Origin: Saprospiraceae bacterium
GTDB lineage: Bacteria > Bacteroidota > Bacteroidia > Chitinophagales > Saprospiraceae
Direction: 5' to 3'
NCBI GenBank assembly: GCA_036503755.1
Contig: DASXWI010000080.1
Location: 1 to 48,435 of the forward strand
DNA length: 48,435 bases
The position numbers were made by a program, and so were the translations under genes. The notes below the pieces were generated by a model that ran no database searches, was not told where the DNA came from, and saw only the letters and a program-made list of their open reading frames with translations. Below are positions 18,029-28,100 of the stretch, piece by piece; positions within the stretch are counted from its first letter, which is position 1; each line of letters starts with the position of its first letter.

Positions 18029-21000
18029 ATGAACCGGATAAAAGGTGTTGTGAGTGGAATCTTGATGTTGTGCGCCTATACGTACATAGGCGGGCAATCT
18101 CCGCATGGTCAGGAACTCCGGATCAGTTGTGATGCCTGCCATACTTCTGAAGGTTGGAATATTAACAAAGACTCCATAGCGTTCCTCCACAACACAACTA
18201 CATTTCCACTAGAAGGCCAACACGAAGTAATTGACTGTAGACAATGTCATACCTCACTTGAATTTAAAAAAGCTGAATCCAATTGTGCGTCATGCCACCT
18301 TGATATTCATCAGAATACTGTAGGAGATGAATGCGCCAGGTGCCATGATTCCAACACCTGGCTTGTTAACAATATAGCGGAGATCCATCGGCAGATTTCT
18401 TTCCCACTTCAAGGTGCGCATGCTGTTGCCAACTGTGTAGAGTGTCATACTTCAGATTCAGAATTAAGATTTGACCCGATCGCGTCAGATTGCTATAGTT
18501 GTCACCAGGATGATTATGGAGCTACCACAAACCCCGAACATCAGAAAGCTGGATTTTCAACGGACTGCATTACCTGCCACCAGGTAGATGCTTTTGCCTG
18601 GGATGCTGAAGGGATTAACCACGATTTCTTTCCGCTAACTGCGGGTCACCAAATTGATGAATGTGCGAAGTGTCACACCGGAGCGGATTACACTAAAATT
18701 TCACCCGAGTGCATTACTTGTCATGAACAGGATTATCTGGCAACTACCAATCCAAATCATCAGGTTGCAGGGATAAGCACTAATTGTGTGGAATGCCATA
18801 CAACACAACCGGATTGGAAACCAGCCGACTTCCGGGAACACGACAATCTTTATTTTCCAATATATAGTGGAGCACACAAAGGAACCTGGGACCAATGTTT
18901 AGCGTGCCATACGGATCCAAATAATTATACCAGTTTTACCTGTATATCCTGTCATGCTAATCCGGATACTGATAACGAACATAGCGGAGTGTTTGGATAT
19001 TCATACAACAGCACAGCATGCCTGGCATGTCACCCAAATGGGGAGAAGGAGGGCTCGTTTAATCATGACAACACCAACTTTGCTTTGACAGGTGCACACA
19101 CGATGGTGGAATGCCTTCAATGCCACAGCAATGGATTTACAGGGACGCCAACAGCTTGTTTTGCCTGCCATGAACCGGACTTTAATCAATCTACCAACCC
19201 AAACCACTCAAGTCTAGGACTTTCGACAGATTGTGTTTCATGTCACACCACGGATCCTGAATGGAACCCGGCTTCATTTGACAATCATAATGAATTTTAT
19301 GTGTTGAATGGTGCTCATGCCATCATAGCCAATCAGTGTGCATCGTGTCATAACGGAGATTATAATAACACGCCATCCACATGCGTGGGTTGTCACCAGG
19401 AGGATTATAATCAGACCACAACTCCATCGCATACCGCGCTATCCTTTTCAACAGAGTGCAGCATGTGTCACAATGAAAATGCGTGGGTGCCATCCTCCTT
19501 TGATCATGACGGCCAGTATTTTCCGATTTATAGCGGATCACACCAGGGAGAATGGGCTGATTGTATTGATTGTCATACCACACCAGGAAATTTTGCACTA
19601 TTTACTTGTGTGACTTGCCATGCCAATCCGGAAACCACGGAAGAACATACCGGAGTCGCCGGTTATCTCTACAACAGCAATGCCTGTCTTGCGTGTCATC
19701 CAAATGGAGAAGCAGATGGTGCCTTTGATCATAGTACCACCAATTTTCCACTGACGGGTGCGCATCAAACAGTTGATTGTTTCCTGTGCCATGTTAGTGG
19801 CTTTGAAGGAACGCCAACAGATTGTCAAAGCTGTCACACTCCTGATTTTAACCAGGCCTCAAACCCTAATCATAACGCCCTTGGTTTTTCTATTGATTGT
19901 GCCACATGCCACACTACAGCGCCTGGGTGGAATCCTGCGTCTCTCGACAATCACAATGATTATTATGTACTATCCGGAGCACATGCTGTAGTAGCCAATC
20001 AATGTGCATCCTGCCACAATGGTGATTATCTCACCACACCTAATACTTGCTCAGGTTGTCATCAGGAAGATTTCAATCAAACGGTAAACCCGCCGCACCT
20101 GGCTCTTCAGTTTTCAACAGATTGCGCAAGTTGCCATAGTGAATCTGCCTGGACACCTTCAACATTTGAACACGATGTGCAATATTTCCCGATTTATTCA
20201 GGAGCGCATCAGGGAGCCTGGACACAATGCAATGAATGCCACACCACACCAGGAAATTATTCACTTTATACATGCACAACCTGCCATACTAGTCCTGAAA
20301 CAGATGAAGAACATGCTGGTGTGAACGGCTTTATTTTTAACAGCACAGCTTGTCTTGCCTGTCATCCAACCGGGGAAAGTGATGTTAATTTTGATCACAA
20401 CACCACCTCCTTTCCATTGACAGGTGGACACAATGGACCCACATGCCTGGAGTGCCACGCTACAGGATTTGAAGGAACCCCGACAGAATGTAGCGCATGC
20501 CATCTTGATGATTTCAACCAGGCCATCAATCCAAACCATTTGACGCTGGGCATATCAAATGATTGCGCATCGTGTCATACCACTGAACCGGGATGGTCAC
20601 CAGCATCGTTTGCTGTACACAATGATTATTATCCATTTAATGGTGCACATATCCCAATAGCAAATCAATGTGCTACCTGTCATAACGGAGACTACAATAC
20701 TACACCAAACACTTGTGCAGGTTGCCACCAGGAAGATTATAATCAAACAACGGATCCATCGCACCTGGCACTTCAGTTTTCACAAGATTGCGCAAGTTGT
20801 CATTCGGAAAACGCATGGGAACCATCAACCTACGATCATGATGCACAGCACTTCCCGATTTACAGCGGATCCCATCAGGGAGTCTGGACACAATGCAATG
20901 AATGCCACACCACACCAGGAAATTATACTTTGTTTACCTGTGTCACTTGCCATACCAATCCTGAAACCAATGATGAACATGCCGGGGTGAATGGCTATTC

Positions 21001-22606
21001 ATACAACAGCAATGCATGCCTGGCTTGTCATCCTAATGGAGAGGGTGAGTTTGGTTTTGATCACAACAACACCAGCTTTCCACTTACGGGTGCCCATACC
21101 ACTATAAACTGCCTGGATTGTCATGCCAATGGATATGAAGGAACACCAACTGATTGTGCGGCATGCCATACAACACATTACAACGAAAGTACCAATCCAA
21201 ACCATAGTGCACTTGGCATTCCAACAGACTGCGTTTCTTGTCACACGACAGCTCCTGAATGGAATCCGGCTGCCTTTCCGCTCCATAACAATTATTACAC
21301 ACTAGCAGGAGCACATTCCTTAATTGCAGATCAATGTGTCACTTGTCATCAGGGCGATTATAACAACACTCCTAATACTTGCGTCGGTTGTCATCAAGCG
21401 GATTACAATCAAACAACCAACCCCAACCATTTAACCTTACAAATCTCCACGGATTGTGCTAGTTGTCATTCAGAAAGCAACTGGATACCTGCAAGTATGT
21501 CCAATCATAATGATTATTATGTTCTCCAAGGTGCGCATGCTCCTATTTCAAATGAATGTGCGCAATGTCATAATGGAAATTATAACAACACTCCAAATAC
21601 CTGTTATGGCTGTCATCAGGAAGATTATGAGCAAGCTAATAATCCTTCACATCTATCACTTGGATTTGGAACCGACTGTACGACTTGTCACACAGAGACA
21701 GCGTGGTCACCGGCAGAATACACCGATCACGATGACCAATATTTCCCCATATACAGTGGTGGGCACGAGGGAGCATGGGATCAGTGTAATGACTGCCACA
21801 CCAATCCAAACAACTACTCCATATATACCTGTGTGACTTGTCACACCAGCGGTGAAACTGGCCAGCAACATGTCGGAGTCAACGGCTATTTTTATGAGAG
21901 TGGTGCATGTCTCGCATGTCATCCCGATGGAGATACACAAGGATCATTCAATCACAATGATTCTGATTTTCCACTGACAGGGGCACATAATACGGTAGCC
22001 TGTATAGAATGTCACAGCAATGGCTATCAGAACACCCCCACGGCATGTAGTGCCTGTCATACGCCAGATTTCAACGGGTCAACCAATCCAAACCATAATT
22101 CCCTGGGATTATCAATGGAGTGTGTGACGTGTCACACTACAGCTCCTGAGTGGAACCCGGCTTTATTTCCAGATCATAATGATTATTATCCGCTGGTAGG
22201 GGCGCATGCCGCGATATCAGATCAATGCGTCACGTGTCACAATGGAAACTATAATAACACACCAAACACGTGTGTTGGCTGCCACCAATCTGAATACAAT
22301 AACACGAACGATCCTGATCACCAGGCAGCGCAATTCCCAACCAGTTGTGAAACCTGTCATAATCAAAATGCCTGGGTTCCATCCACCTGGGATCATGATG
22401 ATCTCTATTTCCCGATTTACAGCGGGAAACATGAAGATGAATGGAATCAATGTAATGACTGTCACACCAATCCAAATAATTATTCTGTGTTTACCTGTAT
22501 CACGTGTCATCAGCAAAATGAAACCGATGAGGATCATGATGAAGTAGGTGGATATCAATACAACAGTAGCGCTTGCCTGGCGTGTCACCCGGATGGCGAA
22601 GACTAA
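18029..22606 (+). CDS. Giant multiheme cytochrome c with 61 CXXCH motifs in 1525 aa
   Basis: ATG start with signal peptide MNRIKGVVSGILMLCAYTYIGGQ. By hand count, the motifs fall in six regions:
- N-terminal region, aa 1-342: 13
- module 343-564: 9
- module 565-785: 9
- module 786-1007: 9
- module 1008-1304: 12
- module 1305-1525: 9
As far as I can see, every Cys outside the signal peptide lies in a CXXCH. No T9SS C-terminal domain is present. Confidence 0.92.
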   Translation: MNRIKGVVSGILMLCAYTYIGGQSPHGQELRISCDACHTSEGWNINKDSIAFLHNTTTFPLEGQHEVIDCRQCHTSLEFKKAESNCASCHLDIHQNTVGDECARCHDSNTWLVNNIAEIHRQISFPLQGAHAVANCVECHTSDSELRFDPIASDCYSCHQDDYGATTNPEHQKAGFSTDCITCHQVDAFAWDAEGINHDFFPLTAGHQIDECAKCHTGADYTKISPECITCHEQDYLATTNPNHQVAGISTNCVECHTTQPDWKPADFREHDNLYFPIYSGAHKGTWDQCLACHTDPNNYTSFTCISCHANPDTDNEHSGVFGYSYNSTACLACHPNGEKEGSFNHDNTNFALTGAHTMVECLQCHSNGFTGTPTACFACHEPDFNQSTNPNHSSLGLSTDCVSCHTTDPEWNPASFDNHNEFYVLNGAHAIIANQCASCHNGDYNNTPSTCVGCHQEDYNQTTTPSHTALSFSTECSMCHNENAWVPSSFDHDGQYFPIYSGSHQGEWADCIDCHTTPGNFALFTCVTCHANPETTEEHTGVAGYLYNSNACLACHPNGEADGAFDHSTTNFPLTGAHQTVDCFLCHVSGFEGTPTDCQSCHTPDFNQASNPNHNALGFSIDCATCHTTAPGWNPASLDNHNDYYVLSGAHAVVANQCASCHNGDYLTTPNTCSGCHQEDFNQTVNPPHLALQFSTDCASCHSESAWTPSTFEHDVQYFPIYSGAHQGAWTQCNECHTTPGNYSLYTCTTCHTSPETDEEHAGVNGFIFNSTACLACHPTGESDVNFDHNTTSFPLTGGHNGPTCLECHATGFEGTPTECSACHLDDFNQAINPNHLTLGISNDCASCHTTEPGWSPASFAVHNDYYPFNGAHIPIANQCATCHNGDYNTTPNTCAGCHQEDYNQTTDPSHLALQFSQDCASCHSENAWEPSTYDHDAQHFPIYSGSHQGVWTQCNECHTTPGNYTLFTCVTCHTNPETNDEHAGVNGYSYNSNACLACHPNGEGEFGFDHNNTSFPLTGAHTTINCLDCHANGYEGTPTDCAACHTTHYNESTNPNHSALGIPTDCVSCHTTAPEWNPAAFPLHNNYYTLAGAHSLIADQCVTCHQGDYNNTPNTCVGCHQADYNQTTNPNHLTLQISTDCASCHSESNWIPASMSNHNDYYVLQGAHAPISNECAQCHNGNYNNTPNTCYGCHQEDYEQANNPSHLSLGFGTDCTTCHTETAWSPAEYTDHDDQYFPIYSGGHEGAWDQCNDCHTNPNNYSIYTCVTCHTSGETGQQHVGVNGYFYESGACLACHPDGDTQGSFNHNDSDFPLTGAHNTVACIECHSNGYQNTPTACSACHTPDFNGSTNPNHNSLGLSMECVTCHTTAPEWNPALFPDHNDYYPLVGAHAAISDQCVTCHNGNYNNTPNTCVGCHQSEYNNTNDPDHQAAQFPTSCETCHNQNAWVPSTWDHDDLYFPIYSGKHEDEWNQCNDCHTNPNNYSVFTCITCHQQNETDEDHDEVGGYQYNSSACLACHPDGED
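19055..22603 (+). repeat. Five tandem coding repeats (about 666 bp / 222 aa, nine hemes each) inside the 61-heme gene; the fourth carries an extra internal copy of about 222 bp
   Basis: The module consensus recurs in the protein: NFPLTGAH..C..CH..GF.GTPT.C..CH.PDFNQ..NPNH, then YFPIYSG.H.G.W..C..CHT, then ACLACHP.GE. An identical 43-nt run occurs at 20218-20260 and 20884-20926, exactly 666 bp apart. Confidence 0.9.
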
Positions 22607-22625
22607 TGAAAGCAGGAAGAAAGGA

Positions 22626-24254
22626 ATGAGATATTTTATTGCGCTTATTTGGATGATGATGACCTCTTTCGCATTACATGCACAGGAGAAAACCGACACG
22701 CTTGGAGGTGCAGTTACCTATCTTACTTCTCTGAGTGTTTATGTTAAGTTTCCGTCCACTACCTCCGTTTCAATAGGTGATACACTATTTGGGTTGGTCG
22801 ATGGAAAACTGCAACCATTTCTCACAGTCAAACATTTGTCATCTACTTCCTGTGTAGGAACACCCCTTACAACCATACCCATTCAAAAGGGTTCGCGGAT
22901 GTATGCAAGAATACGTAAAGAAGGGCCTTCCAAAAAAGATAGTATTGAAACCGACTCAATGTTTATCATACCAGAGGTTGTTATTTCGGATATCCAAAAG
23001 GAGGATGTAGCATCCATCAACAAACCGGTTGAATCCCACCCGATTGAAAAATCATCTTTTAAAGGAAGACTCTCGGCAGCAGCCTATATCAATTTTGCTG
23101 ATCACCCACAAAGCAATCAGCAAAGGATGCGTTATGTTTTAAATATGAATGCCCGACGTATCAATCACTCCGGTCTTTCTGCGGAGGTATATATGTCCTT
23201 CAGGCACACGCTAAATGAATGGGTAGAAGTCCAACAAGAGTTTCTCAGAGCCTTTAAAGTGTATAATCTGGCCCTGGAATATGATTTTAATCATGGAACA
23301 AAAATCTGGGCCGGACGAAAGATTAATTTCAACATTTCAAACATTGGTGCCATAGATGGTGTACAAGCCGAAAAGAAGTGGAAGAAATTCCTGGCAGGAG
23401 CTTTTGGAGGATCACGGCCGGATCATATGGACTATGGATTCAATCCGAACCTGGTGCAGTATGGTGGTTATTTCGGAAATAACATTGAACTCAAAAACGG
23501 GATAATCCAGAATACGTTGGCGCTGGTTGAGCAACGCAATAGTGGGATGACAGACCGGCGTTTTATGTATTTCCAACACATCAACTCATCGATACGAAGG
23601 GTATATCTTTTTACATCTTTCGAATTTGACTTATACACCCTGGATAACGAAAAACCTAAAAACACTTTTGATATCACCAGCTTGTATATTTCTGCTCGTT
23701 ATCGTGTTTCAGACAAGCTTTCTTTCTTTGCTTCTTTTGATTCAAGAAATAATGTTATTTATTATGAAACGTATAAACATTTTATCGACCAACTCCTGGA
23801 AGAAGAAACCCGGCAAGGATTCAGGCTTAGTTTTAATTACCGGCCCATCAAAAAAATGACAATTGGAGCTAATGCGGGATACAGATATCAGCAGGATACA
23901 CCGGGTAATTCAAAAAACCTGAATACATATATCACCTATTCAAGAATACCGGGATTAAATGTTTCAGCTACTGCAAACCTGACCCTGATTCATTCCCCAT
24001 ATCTCGATGGCATTGTTTATGGGGTAAGATTTTCCAGGGACATTGTAGAGGGTAAACTTTTTGGCGAATTTCAGTACCGGATTGCTGAATATGGATATAC
24101 GAATGTTGAAATCCCTATTCAACAAACCATCATGGGATTGAACCTCTCGTGGAGGATAACCAGGATGTTGTCTTTTTCCGCGAACTATGAAACAGAGATT
24201 CAGCATCAAAGGTGGAACAACCGGATTTACACTAATCTTATCCAACGCTTCTAA
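22626..24254 (+). CDS. Outer-membrane beta-barrel (porin-like) protein
   Basis: I prefer the ATG at 22626, which gives signal peptide MRYFIALIWMMMTSFALHAQ. The track start at 22548 is a GTG inside the cytochrome gene, and an alternative ATG lies at 22593. The second half has alternating hydrophobic/aromatic strands, and the C-terminal residue is Phe (NLIQRF). Confidence 0.6.
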   Translation: MRYFIALIWMMMTSFALHAQEKTDTLGGAVTYLTSLSVYVKFPSTTSVSIGDTLFGLVDGKLQPFLTVKHLSSTSCVGTPLTTIPIQKGSRMYARIRKEGPSKKDSIETDSMFIIPEVVISDIQKEDVASINKPVESHPIEKSSFKGRLSAAAYINFADHPQSNQQRMRYVLNMNARRINHSGLSAEVYMSFRHTLNEWVEVQQEFLRAFKVYNLALEYDFNHGTKIWAGRKINFNISNIGAIDGVQAEKKWKKFLAGAFGGSRPDHMDYGFNPNLVQYGGYFGNNIELKNGIIQNTLALVEQRNSGMTDRRFMYFQHINSSIRRVYLFTSFEFDLYTLDNEKPKNTFDITSLYISARYRVSDKLSFFASFDSRNNVIYYETYKHFIDQLLEEETRQGFRLSFNYRPIKKMTIGANAGYRYQQDTPGNSKNLNTYITYSRIPGLNVSATANLTLIHSPYLDGIVYGVRFSRDIVEGKLFGEFQYRIAEYGYTNVEIPIQQTIMGLNLSWRITRMLSFSANYETEIQHQRWNNRIYTNLIQRF

Positions 24255-24325
24255 CGATGATTCCTTTGGTTATGCAGGCGATGCGCAGTATCTTAAAGGT
24301 TTATTTATTAAATAATCTACCACAC

Positions 24326-25063
24326 ATGAAAACGTTTATATACCTCTTGTTATTAAGTGCCCTGGTTTGGTCATGTGATTCAAAACCAAAAGTCATTGAA
24401 TCGGTTGATGCCACTGAAGAAACACAACAAGATGCTTCTGATCCAAATGCATCAAAATTGCATAAGGTCGTAGTAGAAGAAGTCCTGCAGACATCAAAAT
24501 ATACATATCTGAACGTAACGGAAGATGGAGCGAAAATCTGGATTGCTGTGCCCAAAAAGGATGTTAAAGTCGGGGGTACGTATTATTACCGAGGTGGTTT
24601 GAAAAAGAACAATTTCAAGAGTGTGGAATTTGATCGTGTATTTGAAACATTATATCTCGTTTCCGATGTAAGTGAAGATCCGGGATTGGGCGGGATGACA
24701 GGCAGCAGCCCACATGGTGGAAAAGCAGAGGAACCTCAACTTGATCAAACCACTAAATTAGATCCACCACCAGGAGGCATTTCAATTGCCGAATTATTTA
24801 AGAACCGTCAGAAATATGAGGGACAAACCGTCAAGATCAAAGGAAGGTGTGTTAAACTCAACACGAACATCATGAACCGCAACTGGATTCATCTTCAGGA
24901 TGGATCTATGACCGATGAGCAAATTGATCTTACTGTGACGACTACAGACAAAGTAGCATTAGGTGAAATAGTAACCTTTGAAGGAAAGATTACCCTGAAT
25001 AAAGATTTTGGTGCAGGGTATAAATATGAAATCATCATGGAAGAAGCCCATCTCTTACCATAA
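24326..25063 (+). CDS. Lipoprotein with two OB-fold-like halves, function unknown
   Basis: The ATG at 24326 gives MKTFIYLLLLSALVWSCDSK (lipobox Cys). Two halves have similar beta-rich patterns (TYLNVTEDGAKIWIAVP... and TVKIKGRCVKLNTNIMNRNWIHLQDGS...). The OB-fold call is pattern-based only. Confidence 0.45.
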   Translation: MKTFIYLLLLSALVWSCDSKPKVIESVDATEETQQDASDPNASKLHKVVVEEVLQTSKYTYLNVTEDGAKIWIAVPKKDVKVGGTYYYRGGLKKNNFKSVEFDRVFETLYLVSDVSEDPGLGGMTGSSPHGGKAEEPQLDQTTKLDPPPGGISIAELFKNRQKYEGQTVKIKGRCVKLNTNIMNRNWIHLQDGSMTDEQIDLTVTTTDKVALGEIVTFEGKITLNKDFGAGYKYEIIMEEAHLLP

Positions 25064-25129
25064 CAATTCATCCCCAGGCCAGGGCTATTACCCAACCTGG
25101 TGCGGATGTACTCAGTCTAATTAAAAAAC

Positions 25130-28100
25130 ATGAAACGTTTATTTAATTCTTTTTTCTCTACCAGCGCAGCAGGCCTTTATATGATCCTGTTTGCCCTGGC
25201 CATCGGTGTGGCTACGTTTGTGGAAAACGATTTTGGTACCAGTGCAGCCCAAAAGGTCATCTTTAAGGCCAGATGGTTTGAACTCCTCCTGGTTCTTTTT
25301 GGTATCTCTATAGCAGCCAATATTGTTCGATATAAAATGGTCCGTCAGAAAAAATGGGCCATCCTTACATTCCACGCTTCTATCTTAATCATATTACTGG
25401 GAGCAGGTATCACCCGATATTTCAGTTACGAGGGGATGATGCATATTCGTGAAGACAGCACATCAAACACATTTATTTCGGCAGATACCTATCTCAACTT
25501 TGAAGCTAAACAACATGGCAAGAAATTCCTTTTTAATGAACCTGTCCTTTTTGCATCCCTTGGTAAAAACAAATTCAAGGAAACCTACCAGATCGGAAAT
25601 GATATCATAGACGTCGAATTAGATGCCTTTATACCCAATCCGGAAAATACACTGGAGGCGATACCCGATGGTAACGCGGTTTTAAAACTAGTGATTGCCG
25701 GAATGAATGGACGCGAAGAATATTATCTCGAAGAAGGAGATTTCGTCAACCTGAATGGAACCTGGTTTAATTTCGGCAACCCGGAGCAACCCCAGGCAAT
25801 CAATATGTATTACCGGAATGACTCCCTGGTGATGAAATCACCTGAAGTCCTTGCGCATATGGTAATGGCTACACAAGCGAAAGACACTATTTACCCCGGA
25901 GCGTATGTACCCTTAGTGATCCGGTCACTGTATTCCAATGCCAACATCAATTTTGTGATTGGTGATTTTAATCCAAGCGCGAAGCTGATGATGAAATCGG
26001 CTGGACCCAAAATGAAAAGTGAAAGCATCGCGGCACTCAAATTGAAAATCAGCATCAACGGGACCCCTTCAGATATCTATGTATACGGAAACAAAGGGAT
26101 AGAAGGAAAACCGGAAAAAGCAAGGGCCGGTGATACAGAGCTTTCCATTTCTTATGGTGCCAAACAGATCAGCCTCCCATTCTCTCTGAAGTTGCGTGAT
26201 TTTATTCTTGAGCGGTATCCAGGAACGAACAGTGCTTCCTCCTACGCTAGCGAAGTGACACTGATCGATCCAGCAAAAGGGATCAATAAGGAGCAACGCA
26301 TCTATATGAACAACATCCTGGATTATGGAGGATATAGGTTTTTCCAATCTTCCTTTGACCAGGATGAATTGGGGACCGTTCTTAGTGTAAATCATGATTT
26401 CTGGGGTACATGGATTTCGTATATCGGCTATGCCTTACTGACGATAGGGCTGATTCTCACCTTATTCAGTAAAAAGAGCAGGTTCAGTGAAATTTCAAGG
26501 AAACTGGATGAAATCCGCCAGGTAGAAAAGAAAGGTGCCATGTCGGGAATCACTATAATGATGTTGTTCCTTTCTACCGGGTCACTTTTTGGCAACAGCA
26601 TCAACGAATCACCACGACATAGTGTGTCCAAAGCACATGCTGCCTTGTTTGGCCGCCTTGTGGTCCAGGATGATAATGGAAGGATGAAACCAATGAATAC
26701 CCTTTCCAGTGAAGTGATGCGTAAAGTGGCAAGGAAAGAAAGTTTGTTTGGACTTACGGCGGATCAAATCTTCCTCGGCATGACGTTGTATCCGGAAGAG
26801 TGGACGCAGATGCCGATGATTAAAATCGGATCAAACGAAGAGATCAGAAAACTCATTCCTGCCAAAGGAGAATTAGCTTCTTTCAATGATTTTTTTACAT
26901 CCAGTGGTCAATATGTTTTACGGGAACAAGTCCGCAGGGCGTATAGCTTGCAGCCAATTGACAGAACATTGATGGATAAGGAAATCATGAAGATCGATGA
27001 GCGTGTCAATATCTGTAACATGATCTTTAGTGGAGCAATGGCGCGGATATATCCTATAGAAAACCATCCAGGGGATCATTGGATTTCTCCAGCAGATGTA
27101 TTTAAACAAACTGCCGATATCAGTCCGGATCCATTTGTCAGGGGGTTTTTTCCAACATACGTTACTGCTGTACAGGAAGCCATGGCAGATGGAAACTGGA
27201 GTAAGGCGGATCAACAGGTCGAAGCACTTCAACAATTTCAGCATGCTAAAGGTGGAGACATTGTGGTTTCGCAGCGAAGGATTGATATGGAAATCCTGCT
27301 CAACAAGATGAATGTCTTTTCAAGACTGAGTAAGGGCTATGGATTAATTGGGCTCGTCTTTTTGATATTGTTTTTCACGCAGGTTTTTAAACCCGGCCTG
27401 AATCTAAAGACACCAACGCGAATCACCTTTTTTATTCTGGCTGCTTTCTTTCTCCTGCACACGGCAGGGCTGGGGATCAGGTGGTATGTTTCCGGTCGTG
27501 CGCCATGGAGCAATGGGTATGAGTCCATGATTTATATAGGGTTCACCACGGTATTGGCCGGATTGATTTTTGCAAGAAATTCATTAGGCGGATTAACAGC
27601 TACAAGCATATTGGCATCTACCATTCTCATGGTGGCAGGGTTGAGCTGGCTTGATCCCGAAATCACCCCATTAGTTCCAGTCCTTAAATCGTATTGGTTA
27701 ACTATTCATGTATCCATGGAAGCTGGTAGTTATGGTTTTTTAATGTTGGGAGCGATCATTGGGTTGTTGAATCTTATTCTCATGATCTTTCTCAACAAGT
27801 CAAATGAGACACGCTTATTCCGGACGATTAAGGAGATGACCTATGTTAGTGAGATGACCCTGATCGGCGGATTGATCATGGTCAGTATTGGGACTTACCT
27901 GGGTGGAGTATGGGCCAATGAATCGTGGGGAAGATACTGGGGATGGGATGCCAAAGAAACGTGGGCATTGGTGACTATACTTGTGTATGCGTTTATTCTT
28001 CACATGAGATTTATACCAGGATTAAGAGGATTGTATGCATTCAATGTAGCGTCCTTGTTTGGATTTGCATCCGTCATGATGACATATTTTGGAGTGAACT

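Noticed and set aside
19055-22603. Whether the tandem repeat could be a CRISPR array or satellite.
   Set aside because: The period is 666 bp, the repeat lies in frame within one ORF, and the copies are diverged at the protein-module level. There is no short repeat/spacer structure and there are no cas genes.
22548-22625. The track start (GTG at 22548) for the beta-barrel gene, which overlaps the cytochrome gene by 59 bp.
   Set aside because: The extension (MDINTTVALAWRVTRMAKTNESRKKG) has no signal-peptide character. The ATG at 22626 gives a classical signal peptide; the ATG at 22593 remains a possible alternative.
18701-22699. Many 60-160-aa ORFs on the minus strand and in alternative plus frames inside the 61-heme gene, for example 19323-19598(-), 20261-20539(-), 21456-21836(+) and 22217-22699(-).
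   Set aside because: They lie wholly within a long ORF with an unmistakable periodic CXXCH pattern. Their translations are low-complexity His/Cys/Trp-rich shadows of the repeat, with no independent signals.
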